35,653 nt of DNA. Source: Octopus bimaculoides (lineage: Eukaryota). Under the pieces are notes generated by a model that was given only the letters and a program-made list of their open reading frames with translations, was not told the origin of the DNA and did not search any database. This document shows, piece after piece, positions 10,856 to 24,682 of this stretch (position 1 is its first letter; every line of letters starts with the position of its first letter). The translations under genes were made by a program, and so were the position numbers. The DNA lies in assembly GCF_001194135.2 (NCBI RefSeq), contig NC_068996.1, positions 51,033,897-51,069,549 on the forward strand. Direction: 5' to 3'.

Positions 10856-11191
10856 CTTTACATGTACCACCCAAAAATTCTCTTGTTTACTTCTAAAGAT
10901 AGATTTTATTAGAGATATAATTTTTTTGGAATGCTTTGAATTTTATCTCTGGAATTATGGAAAACATGATTTCTGCAACAGCATCTGTGACAGGAATACC
11001 ACATGCACGCACACACATACACTTTTATAATGAACTGAGAAACCAAAACAAAAAGAAAGAAATTCTCAGAAATGAACAACCTCAAACTGTTGTTTGAGCA
11101 ATTGCCTAACAATGGTCCTTTGTACAGGTGGAATTGATTTTTGGTCCAGGATATAGTTGTTTGTCATAATGAAATATATATTTCACTTATG

Positions 11192-11228
<37 letters not shown>

Positions 11229-12465
11229 TATATTTAATTTATGCTGAACATTATATATATCCTAGATTTGTTGCTATTTTGGGAAATTGACAAAAAATAG
11301 TCACTCAGCAACACAAAGCAGTTGGTGCAAAGGATATTCACTTATAATAATATCCAATGCCTTCAATCAAACAGCTTTTGATCTGTTAAAAAAAAGACCC
11401 CTGTTTAGTTGCATCAAAGAAAAGGCTTACATCACCTAGTCAATAAATTTCATAGCTCATGTAGCAAGGAAAAAAAAAGCCATTTTGGAGAGTAAAAAAA
11501 TTGTAATGCAAACCAAATGTAAAAGATGGGTATTTACAAGTTAGTGTTAGGTTTTTTTTTCTTTTTTATTGCTTTTTCTCTTTCTTACCTCTCCAGATAT
11601 ATGTACCAAAATAAAAATATCTCTTTTTATTAACTGTAGTCTTAACTCGGTAAAAAATTTCAATATCACTTTTCTAACCCATAATTTGACATGGAAAACA
11701 GAAAGAAAAAAAGAATAGAAAAATGGTAAATTTGAATGTTTTTCTCTCGTGTCTGTTTATCTTTGTCAGCACTTCTACGTCTCCATCTAATGTCATACCA
11801 ATCACTAAACTCATTCACACATTGTTCATTTATTTCCTTCCCACCCTGTGTTCTTCATATGCTTCTTTCTCTTTTTTTTTTTTTTCCCTATCAAACCATT
11901 ATCACAAATTCCTTATCATATATCATCACACTAATGGAATATTCTTCTGTCATTACTCTTCCATATTCAAAACGTTTTTGTTTTTTTTTATTTCTTAAAA
12001 AGAAATTATATGGTTCCCTAACCTGTGTTGTTACCATATTTCTCTTGAAACACACTGCTTTTGTCCCAATTAATTTTGAAAATAAGGAAGAATTTGATGA
12101 AATAACTTTGTCATTATTAAACTGGTGTTTTAAGTATAAATTAATATGAAATTTTGATAGAAGCTTTTAAGTTTGTACCGTAAAATCAAAGCAGTCTAGG
12201 CAGGTTGGTATCAAAAGAGTTAAACTGTGATAAACATGTAAGGTTTCTCAATAAATAAATAACTAAATGCAAAGTGAGATTGATATTGGAAAGGTGTTTC
12301 ATTTGACTCAAACCATTAGAATAATTGCCATTAAAAAAAGTTATCAAAAGCATTAAAACAATTGCCTTTTTTACAGATAAAGAAACAAGCATAAAGTGGC
12401 TGAAGAAAATATTAATGAAACGCATCTCAACCTGAGAAAATATATATCTTAAACATCTCTTAATT

Positions 12466-12705
12466 CAGTAATTCTCAACCATTTTTTGTGTATGGACCCC
12501 TTTGATTCCTGTTTTAATTCGGGGTGTGGGACTCTCATAGCCATTTTATGTCTAAAATCTCCTGTTATATTTTTATGATTGAATATTGTTAGGAAATTGT
12601 ATAAAAAATGTTTAAATATTTTGTGCATTGTAGAAATATAACTAGTTTATTGCACATAGATTTTGACAGAAAAAATCTCCTATGGACCCTGAATGAGAAC
12701 CACTG
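12466..12705. mobile_element. hAT-type MITE (family H1)
   Basis: Ends CAGTAATTCTCAACC and TGAGAACCACTG. The flanks TCTTAATT / TCCTAATT form a 7/8 match 8-bp TSD. A sister copy lies at 24683-24937. Confidence 0.75.
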
Positions 12706-12892
12706 TCCTAATTAATGATTAATCATAATGAAGAATCTCTGTTTGGGGAACTTTTAAAGTAACAACTTTAGTTATCACTATAAAAAAAAGGAGAAAAAAT
12801 TATTTTGGTTGCATATTTATATTTCAGTATACATTTGATATAGTTGTGATTTGTCCTTGAAATTTTAAAGACTTTCTCCTTAATGTATTTGT

Positions 12893-13099
12893 TTAACCCT
12901 TCAGCATTCAGATTACTCTGTCAAAAGTAACACATATTCATTCACATTGATCTGGATTAATCATGCATTGTCCTGGAGCTTTGAGATTTCAATGTTGTGA
13001 TTGCTTATTTTCAGAACAGCATTGTAGGGAAAGTGTAAGAGGCTGTAAGAATGTTAAACAGGTAGAATATTTGGGCCGGATATGATGCTAAAGGGTTAA
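12893..13099. mobile_element. piggyBac-type MITE (family P2)
   Basis: TTAA-CCCTTCAGCA...TGCTAAAGGG-TTAA: terminal inverted repeats inside TTAA target sites. Confidence 0.85.
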
Positions 13100-13831
13100 A
13101 CAATATTTATACTTACCATTTTTCAGAATAAATGTCTGAATAAATTTCCCCTTCCTCCCCCTCCCCTCAATAATTTAACTTCATCTCTGTCTTCTACTGA
13201 AAATAGATTTCAGATCTCATACTTGTATATAATAATAGTTTTTAACTTTTCTCTTTTTGTGCAGCTCTGAATAACCTGAAAAATATGAGAGCACATGGTG
13301 ATCTTTCTTTGGTATATTCCTAAGAAAGGCACCAGTGTGTAGCTTATAACTTTGTTCATTCTTTTTGTTTTCTTTTTGATGATGGAATTCAACCTTTGAA
13401 ATTGATTATGCAAAAAAAGAAGTACATTGTGTGTACTCATATAAATATGTAAATAAATATGCACATCTTTCTCTCTCACACACATACAATTATATATATT
13501 TACGCATTCATACAATTATTTAAACATGTATACATCTGTGTGTGGTGTGTGTGTATATATATATATGTATAATTGTTTATATACTCATGCACATACATTC
13601 ACTTCTTTTTTTTGGTGGGATAGGAAGAAGAGCCATCCCTTCAATGTACAAAATAATGAGGCACACAGCAACTAAGTCAACTAGGTTTTTTTTCTTTTTC
13701 TTTTGTCGAGTCATAGACCATGCTAGGCAGCATACACTGTAAAATTCTCCATGTCAGTCAGCATAGGAAAATTGATGGTGTTGATTTATCTACATGGATA
13801 CATTTGTATGTTCATTTACATGCGCATGCAG

Positions 13832-13887
<56 letters not shown>

Positions 13888-15489
13888 ATGTGTGTATAAT
13901 GCTCATGTGGCTAGTGTACATATACAGTAACCATGTGTTGCCCCTCCCACCATCCTTCCATTGAAAGCTTTTGTCTTGATTTTAATCTTTGAAAGATTTA
14001 ATCTTTCTCATTACTCTTGTAGTACTTGTAGCAGAATATTATAGTGTGTGTGTGTGTTATATTTTACTAGAAATATTATATTTTTTGGAACCCAGTTGTA
14101 CTTTGAATAAGGTAATATTTACGTATGTCTTTGACTTTGTTTGCTGAAGTCTTGTTTTTTTTTTTTTAATCTGTTTAGAGATCAGAGTATTGTCCCTAAT
14201 AAACAAATAAACACAGAACTATGCTAATATGGCATAACAAGCATTTTCAATACATTCTGAAGAGACAACAAATAACTGAAATGCCTTTGAAAGAATATCC
14301 ATTTCCAGCCTTGTCACAGAGTTTAGAAATTCTAAGTGTTAGAAGCAAGATGTGAAATTGTTTCAGTATCAAAGCAACTTCTATGTTAGAAATTCAAAGC
14401 AGTTATTTAGATGTACAATTAGATTTGATGGACTATCTGATGTGTAGAATGAAAAGTGAGTAACCAAAATGTCCAAGTTCTAACAAAGCATTCTTACAAC
14501 AGAAGGAAGATAAGAATAATAGAGATGATGCTGATATGAATTATTCTTTTATTTGAAGTGGCGTAGTTTTGTAATTGGTTAGAATTCATTAGTATTCAAG
14601 GCAGTGGGTGGTGTTGAAGACAAAAGAAATGTCTATTAAATTCTGGGTAATTCTTGGGAAGCAAGAATACTGATGTAATTTTCTTGAAGTTTGAAGGGAC
14701 CTTATTAGGAGTTGCAAAGAAATTACTCTGGAGTGTTTGAAGAAATGGAGCCTTTTTTGTAGCCTTGGTAGGAGGAAGAAGAACCCTAGGCCATTGACAT
14801 AGTAATTGGCTTAACCATAGGTCAACCTATGCTGAAGCATGTTCCAGTCATGACCATTCCAAGTGTTGTGATCCTAGGATATCTGAATATCCTTCCTGGT
14901 TTTTAAAAAAAAATAGGGAGGAGAGTTGGTCACTATTTGAGTGCCTGTGGCTGTTGGTGAAAGAAAAAATGTTTGTTAATGAAACTTGTATCCTTATTTT
15001 GTTTGTCTAAGCCGCTTAAAGAGATAAAGGATAAGTGAAAGATAAAGGATTATGTCATAGCGTAAGTTATATCTTAATGTGGATATCCTATCAAAAGTCA
15101 CAAAACTACAGAAAGAAGCACAGAAGTGTATCAGTAGCAAACGAAATGCATCCAGTGGCTGTGGTGGAATAGTTTAATTTGGATTTCTGTGTCCTTGCAC
15201 ATCATCATTAGCAAGCATCCACTATCAACTGAATACTTAGACACATCTATAGCTTCTACTGCTACAGAAAAGCAAATGTTGCAAATAGGTGGTGGGCTGG
15301 GTAGACACGCATGCATGCACACTCACACTCACATGCACACACTCATGCACACATACTCTCACACACACATGCATGCACACATACGTATATACTGTTAAAA
15401 ATAAAGCATTTTTGTTTTACAAAGGAATTAACAAATTTTGCAATATTTGGGTATCTGAAGGTACTCTTGATACTTAGTTAAACTCTCTG

Positions 15490-16100
15490 CCAGTTCTGTT
15501 CCATCTTCCTCTGGCAAACTACTATCACCCATTTGAAATAACTAAAATTACTCTCTTAAACGGGTCTCTTCACATTCCACACAGAGCCAAAGTTCATAGC
15601 CAAAACGTCTGTAAGAGGTTGACTTACAACTGTGCAGAAGCAGTACAAGGAAAGAACAACTCTGCTGGTAATTTCTGGAGAAAGTCTCCTACCATTACTG
15701 GTTCAAAGGCTTTCCTATAGCTGAAGCACTTGTAAGAATACCATCGTAAAAACAAAAGATATCTTATGCATCGCATATTCTACAAGCTTCCGTCTCCCGA
15801 GTAGCAGCAATGCTTTTTGGTTCCTTGCCAAGAGGATCTCTGTTAACTTTGCATGATCTTCCTACCTACCACTCCTCAATCAAGACAGACCTGTTGGCAA
15901 CATCTCCGCTTAAAATGAAATAATATTAAAGCATCTACATTTGCTTCCTGCTTTGCCTGCAACTCATCGCTGAACAACACTCAACAAAAGCTACTTCCAA
16001 ACTCTCTTTCACCACACCTCAGTCTCACTATGACTTTTTGCGTGAAAATTCCTTTCATCACTCCAACCCAATAAAGTGACTAATCTCAAGTGTCTTTCCC
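15490..16100 (+). mobile_element. Decayed non-LTR retrotransposon (Jockey/CR1-like linker between endonuclease and RT); boundaries approximate
   Basis: From 15791: RLPSSSNAFWFLAKRISVNFA*SSYLPLLN, then KASTFASCFACNSSL (15928-15972). This resembles the SRDFW.LAK.IS.NF..SSFPPL...KAELFA.TFA.NS.L motif of invertebrate LINEs. Confidence 0.55.
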
Positions 16101-16280
16101 ATTATACATCCCACCCTCATCTCTCTCCTTTCTCTCCAAATCTGTAGATACATGCAATCCATCTACAATCTATGAAAAGAACAGTCTCTTTAACCCTGCC
16201 AACTACTGACCACAAGTAATAGTAACAGTTGTAAACAATCACCTCCTGCATCTCTAAGAATCCCTCTCAGACTTTTTTTT

Positions 16281-16480
16281 TTAACCCTTTATCATTCAGA
16301 CTACTCAGTTAAAGGCAATGCTTATTTATTCACATTGTTTTTAATTAATCATCTATTATCTCAGCCTTGATATTTCTGACAGTGTAGGGAGGATATGAGA
16401 CATAGCATCTGGTCAGTTTGAGCATAAAGCGTTTTGAATATTTGAGCTATATGTGGTTGGTTGAAATAATAAAGGGTTAA
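16281..16480. mobile_element. piggyBac-type MITE (family P2)
   Basis: TTAA-CCCTTTATCATTCAGA...TAATAAAGGG-TTAA; interior collinear with 12893-13099. Confidence 0.8.
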
Positions 16481-17809
16481 ACACCAGTATATGGCTTCCA
16501 AGTGAGATCCTCTGGGGATGTTACCTTATTACAGTCACCAATATACCCCCCCCCCCTAATTCATTAATATCTTCCACATTCCTCCTTCAAAACATTAATT
16601 GGTATACTTGCTCACACACACACACACATACACACACATACCTGTGCAGATGATATGACCTTTTTACTCATTAACCTTTTACCCACATACAGTTATCATC
16701 CAAATGCAATGTAAAACCTCACACCAGGTACAGTAACTTCATGAATAGAACTCTTGGAAGTATTTTTCAGTGGGGCCAAAACAAATTGGTCATAGGCATA
16801 CATGGTCATGGTGGACCTAAACCAAACCAGTTGCATTTCTTACTACAACAGCCTCTGTCTTTCTGGATTAGCTATTTACATGCCCTTTCTATCCACTAAT
16901 TCCACTTGTCTCTCCCCAGTATCTATGATTCCTTCTAGAATTCTCATCTGGCCTTCATTTTTGCTGTAGAAACTGACCTATATAGAAAGGGAGGTTGCAT
17001 TTTCCAGGGTATACTGCCACTGCTCAACTAACTCTACTACAGCTTATATATAAGGTTTTAAAATATCAACTAAAAATTTATAGATAGACAAGTTGAATAT
17101 TTGTTTAGAGTAAAAGGTTTTTGAAAGATAATTGTAGTTTTTTTTGAAAATGACATTATGTTGTGAAATTGTCATCTGAGTGCTATGTTTAATGAATATA
17201 CACCATTAAAAGAAACAATGCTGTGGTTTTTGTCTGGGAGAGAAATCTCTTCATAAAAATGTATTACAAGTGTGATGGAGACATCTTGCAAGTTTTTTTT
17301 TTGTTTTTTTGTTTTTTTTTTTCAATCTGTACTTCAATGACACTAATTATCTTTTGGCTATTGATTGCTACAAAACTGACATTTACTTATCAGGAAGCAA
17401 ATGCTTGTTTCGTCACTAGTATTTCTCTATAAAGCAATCATATGTGACAATATCGTTATCTAGTTTGTGAGTGAGTGACCTCTTTGTTTAGGTTTGGTGT
17501 TATTTGTAGTTTTTTTAGTTTCATTTATTTTTATATTTATTCCTCAATATTTTTATTGCCTGCATATGTAGTATATATATACATACATACATACACAAAC
17601 ATTTTCATTTGTGGATTAACAATGCTACCAATGGTTTCATGCTGATTGTCACCTCCATCCAAAATGGAGACGATTGCCAGCAGAGGTGTATAACATCCAT
17701 CTTCATCTACAATAATTAAACATTTTGACTGATATTTACATCTTCATATGTTTCAATCAGTTTCATCTCTGTTCATCACAGATGTCTACATCCTGGTTAT
17801 TTTTTATTT

Positions 17810-18165
17810 TTGTTACAATAATCATTGGACTGTGGCCATGCTAGAGCACCAGCTTCAAGAATTTTAGTTGATGACTTTTGACTTTTATTTTGTTGATGGT
17901 TGATTTTGACTAAATAAATACTAGGTTTATAGTCAGGTATTTTATTTTGTTCTGTTTGTTGAATGGTTGATCTACCTTTTAACACACTGAGATGCAAAAC
18001 TATATATGCACATACATTTTCATATATATATTGTGTTTGTCTTTATATATATATATATATATACATAAAGGGCTTCTTTCATTTTCCAGCTACCAAATCC
18101 ACTCACAAGGCTTTGGTCGGCCTGAAACTGTAGTAGATGACACTTGCCCAAGGTGTCACACAGTG
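17810..18165 (-). mobile_element. SINE family A, degenerate
   Basis: Tail piece cattggactgtggccatgctagagcacc and head piece gggcttctttc...ctaccaaatccactcacaaggctttggtcgg...gacacttgcccaaggtg. Confidence 0.65.
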
Positions 18166-18750
18166 TGAATGGTGTATAGGCATACGAATATAGTTAATAA
18201 AAATACAATTCCAATCAAAAACTTGGCTCTTCCGTTGAGTTTTAGTAACAGATATACTGCAATACTTGGTAATTTCATTTTATATATTCACTTACAGCAC
18301 TGTAGAGACAACTATCACTAACTACCATCAAGTGACATGTAAATTGCCCATTTCTACAAAACATAGGACATGCCATTACCAACAACCTACTTGCCCATGC
18401 AGCCATACAACACAACATCATATTTTAAGTGCTGGGGACTGAAGAAAAATTAACAATACATAGGGGTGTTTTTTGGTATTTTTTAATTCCTAAACTCTTT
18501 CCATCTATCCATCTTGTAACCTGAATGAACACAAAGGAAGAAACTTTGGAATGCATATTTTGAATAGCTGCACTATAACCTTCCCATTCCTCCATCCCAC
18601 CCTGCCCTGCTCTACACTTGTAACAGCTTTTACAGTTTCCATTCAGAAAATGGCTTTTGTTGGTCTTAAGCTATGATAGAAGACAACTGCTCTAAGAACC
18701 ACTTGGCCATGATAGCCTCCAAGAATTTTACTGAAGTTCTCATATACTCC

Positions 18751-18824
<74 letters not shown>

Positions 18825-18843
18825 ACCTAAACTGTACATTCAG

Positions 18844-18915
18844 TTCAGGAGTAAAGTGCAGTGTTGCACTCCTGAGCAAGGTCAAAGCCAGATATCTTCT
18901 AAGAAAAGTTGTGAG
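18844..18915 (+). CDS. Possible 72-nt phase 0/0 cassette exon (FRSKVQCCTPEQGQSQISSKKSCE)
   Basis: Follows a (CT)n tract and cattcag|, is open in frame, and ends at a weak GAG|gtttat donor. It is phase-compatible with 8098 and 20482. There is no homology support. Confidence 0.35.
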
Positions 18916-19144
18916 GTTTATTCTTGAACATACATGCACTTATATATATATGATATTATTGTTCTTTCTTATGAAATATATAGAACTGCTAAAAAGAAGT
19001 GCTCGGGTTGAACCTGAGACAAAAGAGAAGAATTAAGATATAAACTCAAATTAGGCAATCATACTCATACATTTATAAATTCAACTTAAAATGCATAAAT
19101 ATATATTAAGACATATTGATACATGAATAATTTTTTAAAATATT

Positions 19145-19296
19145 CATCATCATCATCATCATCGTTTAACGTCCGCTTTCCATGCTAGCATGGGTTGGAC
19201 GATTTGACTGAGGACTGGTGAAACCGGATGGCAACACCAGGCTCCAGTCCGATTTGGCAGAGTTTCTACAGCTGGATGCCCTTCCTAACGCCAACC
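19145..19296 (-). mobile_element. SINE/LINE-tail family B, well-preserved short copy
   Basis: (CAT)n-cgtttaacgtccgctttccatgctagcatgggttggacg...ctggatgcccttcctaacgccaacc. Confidence 0.8.
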
Positions 19297-19508
19297 AAAA
19301 ATATATATATATATAAATATACATAATAATGCATGTAAATAAAACCCATGTGGGATACATATGGAAGGAAGTGTGAGAAAAAGAGGAATGAAAGAAAAAA
19401 TTTTTTTGTACTGAAATTAAGAGCAGTTAAGAATTTTGATTAAAAGATCCACAGAGTTTGGTGTGTTTTTTTAACAATATAAATGGAATATAAGATATAT
19501 ATAATAGA

Positions 19509-20038
19509 NNNNNNNNNNNNNNNNNNNNNNNNNNNNNNNNNNNNNNNNNNNNNNNNNNNNNNNNNNNNNNNNNNNNNNNNNNNNNNNNNNNNNNNNNNNN
19601 NNNNNNNNNNNNNNNNNNNNNNNNNNNNNNNNNNNNNNNNNNNNNNNNNNNNNNNNNNNNNNNNNNNNNNNNNNNNNNNNNNNNNNNNNNNNNNNNNNNN
19701 NNNNNNNNNNNNNNNNNNNNNNNNNNNNNNNNNNNNNNNNNNNNNNNNNNNNNNNNNNNNNNNNNNNNNNNNNNNNNNNNNNNNNNNNNNNNNNNNNNNN
19801 NNNNNNNNNNNNNNNNNNNNNNNNNNNNNNNNNNNNNNNNNNNNNNNNNNNNNNNNNNNNNNNNNNNNNNNNNNNNNNNNNNNNNNNNNNNNNNNNNNNN
19901 NNNNNNNNNNNNNNNNNNNNNNNNNNNNNNNNNNNNNNNNNNNNNNNNNNNNNNNNNNNNNNNNNNNNNNNNNNNNNNNNNNNNNNNNNNNNNNNNNNNN
20001 NNNNNNNNNNNNNNNNNNNNNNNNNNNNNNNNNNNNNN
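19509..20038. other. Assembly gap (530 N)
   Basis: Run of N, followed on the right by a (TA)n repeat. Confidence 0.99.
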
Positions 20039-20081
<43 letters not shown>

Positions 20082-20481
20082 TACACACACTTGCACACAT
20101 AAACATGCATTCATAGTTTGTTTTTTTAAAATAAATCATGTTTTAAGCTTAATGGGAACAGTGTGGTGACATTTTTCCGTTATTTTTTGTTCATATTTGT
20201 GATTTTCTTTAATACTTATATATATATTTTTTTGTTTTAGTTACTTTTGAATTTTCTTTTCTAATTTATTTTTTGTTATCTTTAATATTTTTTTTTTCTT
20301 TATTTAATTTAATTTTACTAATCTTTTGAAATCTGTTTATTTTTCTGTCTAACATTTATTATAATTTTAAAGCTTTTCTGTTATGTAAACAATTATTTTC
20401 TGTTTTATTTTATTAATGTGATAAGCTTATAGGGTCTGCTTACAGCTGATTGTCACATTCTGTTCCCTGCTTATGTTGTAG

Positions 20482-20670
20482 GACATCAATAAGAGCTCTT
20501 TAACAACTTATTCCTACCAATCTGCTTTTGCTCCTGCATCTAAGCGAAAACCATACACATCAAATCTCCAGTCTTCTTTTTCCACTCTGCAGTCATCTTG
20601 TAGGAATTCTTCTTTGCTAAAGAAGGATGATGTTCTTGCGAAAAAGAGAGAATTGTTCAACAGCAGGCAG
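20482..20670 (+). CDS. CEP170: 189-nt phase 0/0 coding exon, probably the same CEP170-like gene
   Basis: Acceptor ttatgttgtag|, 63 open codons DINKSSLTTYSYQSAFAPASKRKPYTSNLQSSFSTLQSSCRNSSLLKKDDVLAKKRELFNSRQ, donor CAG|gtttgt. It is GC-richer than the very T-rich upstream intron and has the same Ser/Lys-rich composition as the big exon. The gene assignment is inferred. Confidence 0.7.
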
Positions 20671-22683
20671 GTTTGTTGTCTTACTGAATGTTATATTAAG
20701 CAATTGGTTAAATATTCTAGCCATTCAAATAATCGTATTTTCTTAGTGCCGGAAGTGAGTTAGCCTCTTATGATCTTTTGCGATTATAAGATAAAGCAAT
20801 TTGAAGAAGTTAAGTGCCAACCAGCATGAGGAAATACAAAAACTAGACTAGGGTTATGAATATTTTTACAAACATGTCTTAGCAGGAATATTGCAATGTT
20901 GAAGACCAGTTTTGTATAAGATGATTAACCAACATCGGCCCCCATCCCTGAAAGAAATGAACTAAAACTCGTCAGTTTAAGCCTTATATTCTTGTGGCAA
21001 AAATAGTAATAAGATATTTAATTATGTCACTCAATATAGTGTTTAAACAACAGCTAGTAATTTCAGTATACTAGTAGTATGTTAGATATTTTGTGATACA
21101 TATATGAGATATGTGTATTACTTACATTAATAATATAGAAAGAATACCTAGATATTCATAAAGAACTCCTAGCCTTTAATGTTAATCTGATTTGATTGTT
21201 TAACCTTACCATTGCATGGTTGCAAATACATTCAGTCTGTCATTTGAATATATTAGAATCGAATAGCTATTGTAGTCTACATGGACCGCAGAGTGGATTA
21301 CCAACCAAGAAACTTCTGTTCTAAATTGAAAAGAGATTAAAAGAAATTAGAACCCTCATTGGCTGTTTTCATCAAATGTTCATCTTCTTCCTCCTCCTCC
21401 TGACATTACAACTTTCCATCTGTTTACGCGCACTTCAAATTGAATTTCTCCTAGAATGAGTACCAATTCCTCATATGTTTTACATTGGTCTTGAAACAAA
21501 GCCATTACTGCACAAATGTTATTGGAAAATTTTTTGTCTTTTGGGGGCATATTTTTTCTCTTTCCCCACTTTTCATCATAATAATTCATTGCAACTATAT
21601 CTTCTTAATTCCATTACAAATCTTTATCAAATTATATACAATGTCTGTGTTTTTCTTTTGGCAAGGTTTCACACTCCTTGTATCAGCATGTGTATTTTTC
21701 ATTTCTTAACACTTCATAACATTATGGAACCTGAACGTATGGGAGGGAGAGAATCATGCATATCTGTATTGCATCTTATGTTGTGTGTGTATATATGTGT
21801 GTCTCTTGGTTGCATGTACTTTTACCTTCTTTTTATTTACTTTTTTAAAAAAAGTTTTTTTAATATGACAATTTAACTTGGTTTTCAATAATATTTTAGC
21901 ATTGTTTGTTCTGAACTATTAACTACACAGGTGTTAGATTAACAACTACAATTCTTTCTTACATTAACAATCTTATTTACATTTCTGTCTCCCTATACTT
22001 ATTTATAGTCAGAAAGACCTATAAAACCTACTCTTCCATTTGTATATACAGTACATTAACTCAATATTGCTTTTCACCTGTCTGGGTTGTGGTGTGAATG
22101 AAAAAAAAATAGCAGTCAGATATCTGTATAATAAGATATTGATTATGGCCTTTCGTCACAGTCCAAAATCAGAATCTTGTAAAAGAATTATAGAATGTAT
22201 CCTACTCTTTTATTGGTTTCAGACATTGGACTATGGTCATGCTGGGGCACCACTTATCAAATATTTTAGTTGATCATAATGATCATGGTGCTTACTTCAA
22301 TCTGATACTTTAGTGATTTCTATTTGTCAAACCACCAAGTTACAAGACAAAGGGACACAGCATAAATAATGTACAGGAACCATAAGAATATGAAATATGT
22401 AAAAACAAAAGCATATTCTGATGTTGTTGGTGTTAAAGATAGGGGAACACAAATGCTTATTAATGCACTTAATGCTTCCTAATGTCTTTGAGTCACTTTC
22501 AATAATGTACATGTTGCTTATCAAGAATTTTCACTAAAATCACTGTGAATCATTGATGGATGATAACATTCTTGTGTTTGTTGTCAGGTCATCTCTGTAC
22601 TCTGTATTTGCTAATGTGAAGGTCACACACTATAAAGTAACCAACAATAACTTTATAGAGAGATTTATGCAGTAGTGATACGA

Positions 22684-22808
22684 TGAAGTAGTTGTATGCT
22701 GTCAACTTAATGTGACAGTCCCCTGAAGGGAATAATACTACTGTAATACAGTAGTATTATTCCCTTCAGGGGACTGTCACATTAAGTTGACAGCATACAA
22801 CTACTTCA
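22684..22808. repeat. Perfect inverted repeat: 62-bp arms with a 1-nt spacer
   Basis: 22684-22745 is the exact reverse complement of 22747-22808. Confidence 0.97.
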
Positions 22809-23912
22809 ATAATTTTATAACCAGAATAATTAATGATATTAATTCAATTTCTAATAACTTTATGAAAAATTATTCAAAATGAATTAAAGTTTGTCTCAGT
22901 ATTTTGTAAGGTCTCCCTTCAGAGCTCATATCAGGGCTTTCACTTGATTAATTATGGATTTGATTTACCACTGAGAGACGGATCCACATTTATCCCGTTT
23001 GATCAATGCATCTTTCAGCTCCCTAATGAATGCAATTTTTGATCTTTTGTCGAGATATTTCTGTATGTGTACTTTCAGATTAAGATCAGGTTTTTGAACA
23101 AATCATTCCAGAGATTTAATTCTGTGAGCATCCAAGTTTGTGATGGCTTATTTGTATGGCATGGAGTTCCATATTCTTATCAATTAATGGAACAGATGGG
23201 TAATAAACCCTTTCAAGGATTTGATAGTATTTTAAATCATTTAAATGGTTTTCAACTAAAGAAAAATTAGCTTTGATCTGTGTATTACCTCAGCTGCCCC
23301 TCTCCTCCAAAACAATAATTCCAATGTTTAACTGTTCCTTGCAAACAATCAGATGCCATGTTTCACTTCAGCTGCACCATACATGTTTCTCATGGGTAGG
23401 AAGAATAGCAGATTTGTTTTGTCAGACCTAAATTTTTCTACATTGTTGCAGAACTAATTCACCCATTTGATCATTTGGTCTCCTCTTTCTTGCAACTCTT
23501 CATGCATATATCCAAGTCAATACTGTTCTGGTGCCTTTTGGTGACATGTCTATAGAATTTACAACCTCTTTGCACCATCAGAAACTTTTCTGCAGTTTTC
23601 TTGAGTTCTTTTACACTCATCAATATCCTTCTTCAATCCACTGCTTGACTATGTTATTCCTCCATTTTATGATTAATATGAAAGAAGCAAATTTTTTTTT
23701 ATTGGATTCTACCACATTGATACCAGATGACTTGCCTTCATGTAAAGCCAAAGATTTGGCTGATGTTCAGGTACATAGCTACTGGTGGATCATATTTATT
23801 TACATAATATTTACATGATAATATGATATGGAAAACTTAGCAGCTAACAACTGCTATAAATACTCAGAAACTGTTGTGATTGAAGCCTGTTCATTCCGTC
23901 ATCTTGTCTTAT

Positions 23913-23954
<42 letters not shown>

Positions 23955-24682
23955 ATGTAATCTCACTGTATCAACAGGACTATTGAATGTTATATATCGC
24001 TGGTCACAATGCACTTCCAATTCTTTCTTGATTGCACCATTGTTTTTCCATCTTGACCCGAATCGTTTAACTAAATTGTCTTCCTATCATTGTGGAAGCC
24101 TTCCAAGTGGCCTTTTCCAATATTTTGTAAACTTTTGCCTGTGAACCTTGCAAAATGTCCAGTCCATCCAAACTCATGTTTTTGGTATTTTGTGGTCATG
24201 TCATTCATTCCACACCATTCTGGAATTATCGCCTGTATTATAAATAACTCAGTGAATGTTTGGTAAGAATTTTGCCCAAAAATGAAGAGTGAATATTGGA
24301 ATGTTGTGTTTGAGCCAATATTATTCTATACATATAAATGCACATAATACACAAGCATATTGTATGCATACAAAGGGAGTGAGAGAGAGAGAGAGAGGGC
24401 ATGGAAGTGTTACTATGAAAGGCTGCAGAATGTGGGAACTTTTACAAAAAGAGTGTCCACTTCAAATATACTCAATTGAGGGACTGGCTATCATAGTTGA
24501 CCACTGTATGTAGATAAGGTGAATGCAAGGAAAGCAGGTAGTCCATTGGAAATAGTTGCTGAGATGCTTAAAATAATTCAAATAGGGTGTGGTTTAGTCA
24601 TTTTAGTAGTCAGATAATACAAATGATTGGTGTTGTAGAATTATTATGAACTGTTACAAAGGGGAAAGGTGATGCATTAGAG

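Noticed and set aside
19427-20169. Four ORFs of more than 220 aa in the ORF track
   Set aside because: These are artefacts of reading through the 530-N gap and TA repeats.
581-24400. ORFs dominated by CV, YI, HT or SL dipeptide runs (several across the window)
   Set aside because: These are translations of (GT)n, (AT)n, (CA)n and (CT)n microsatellites.
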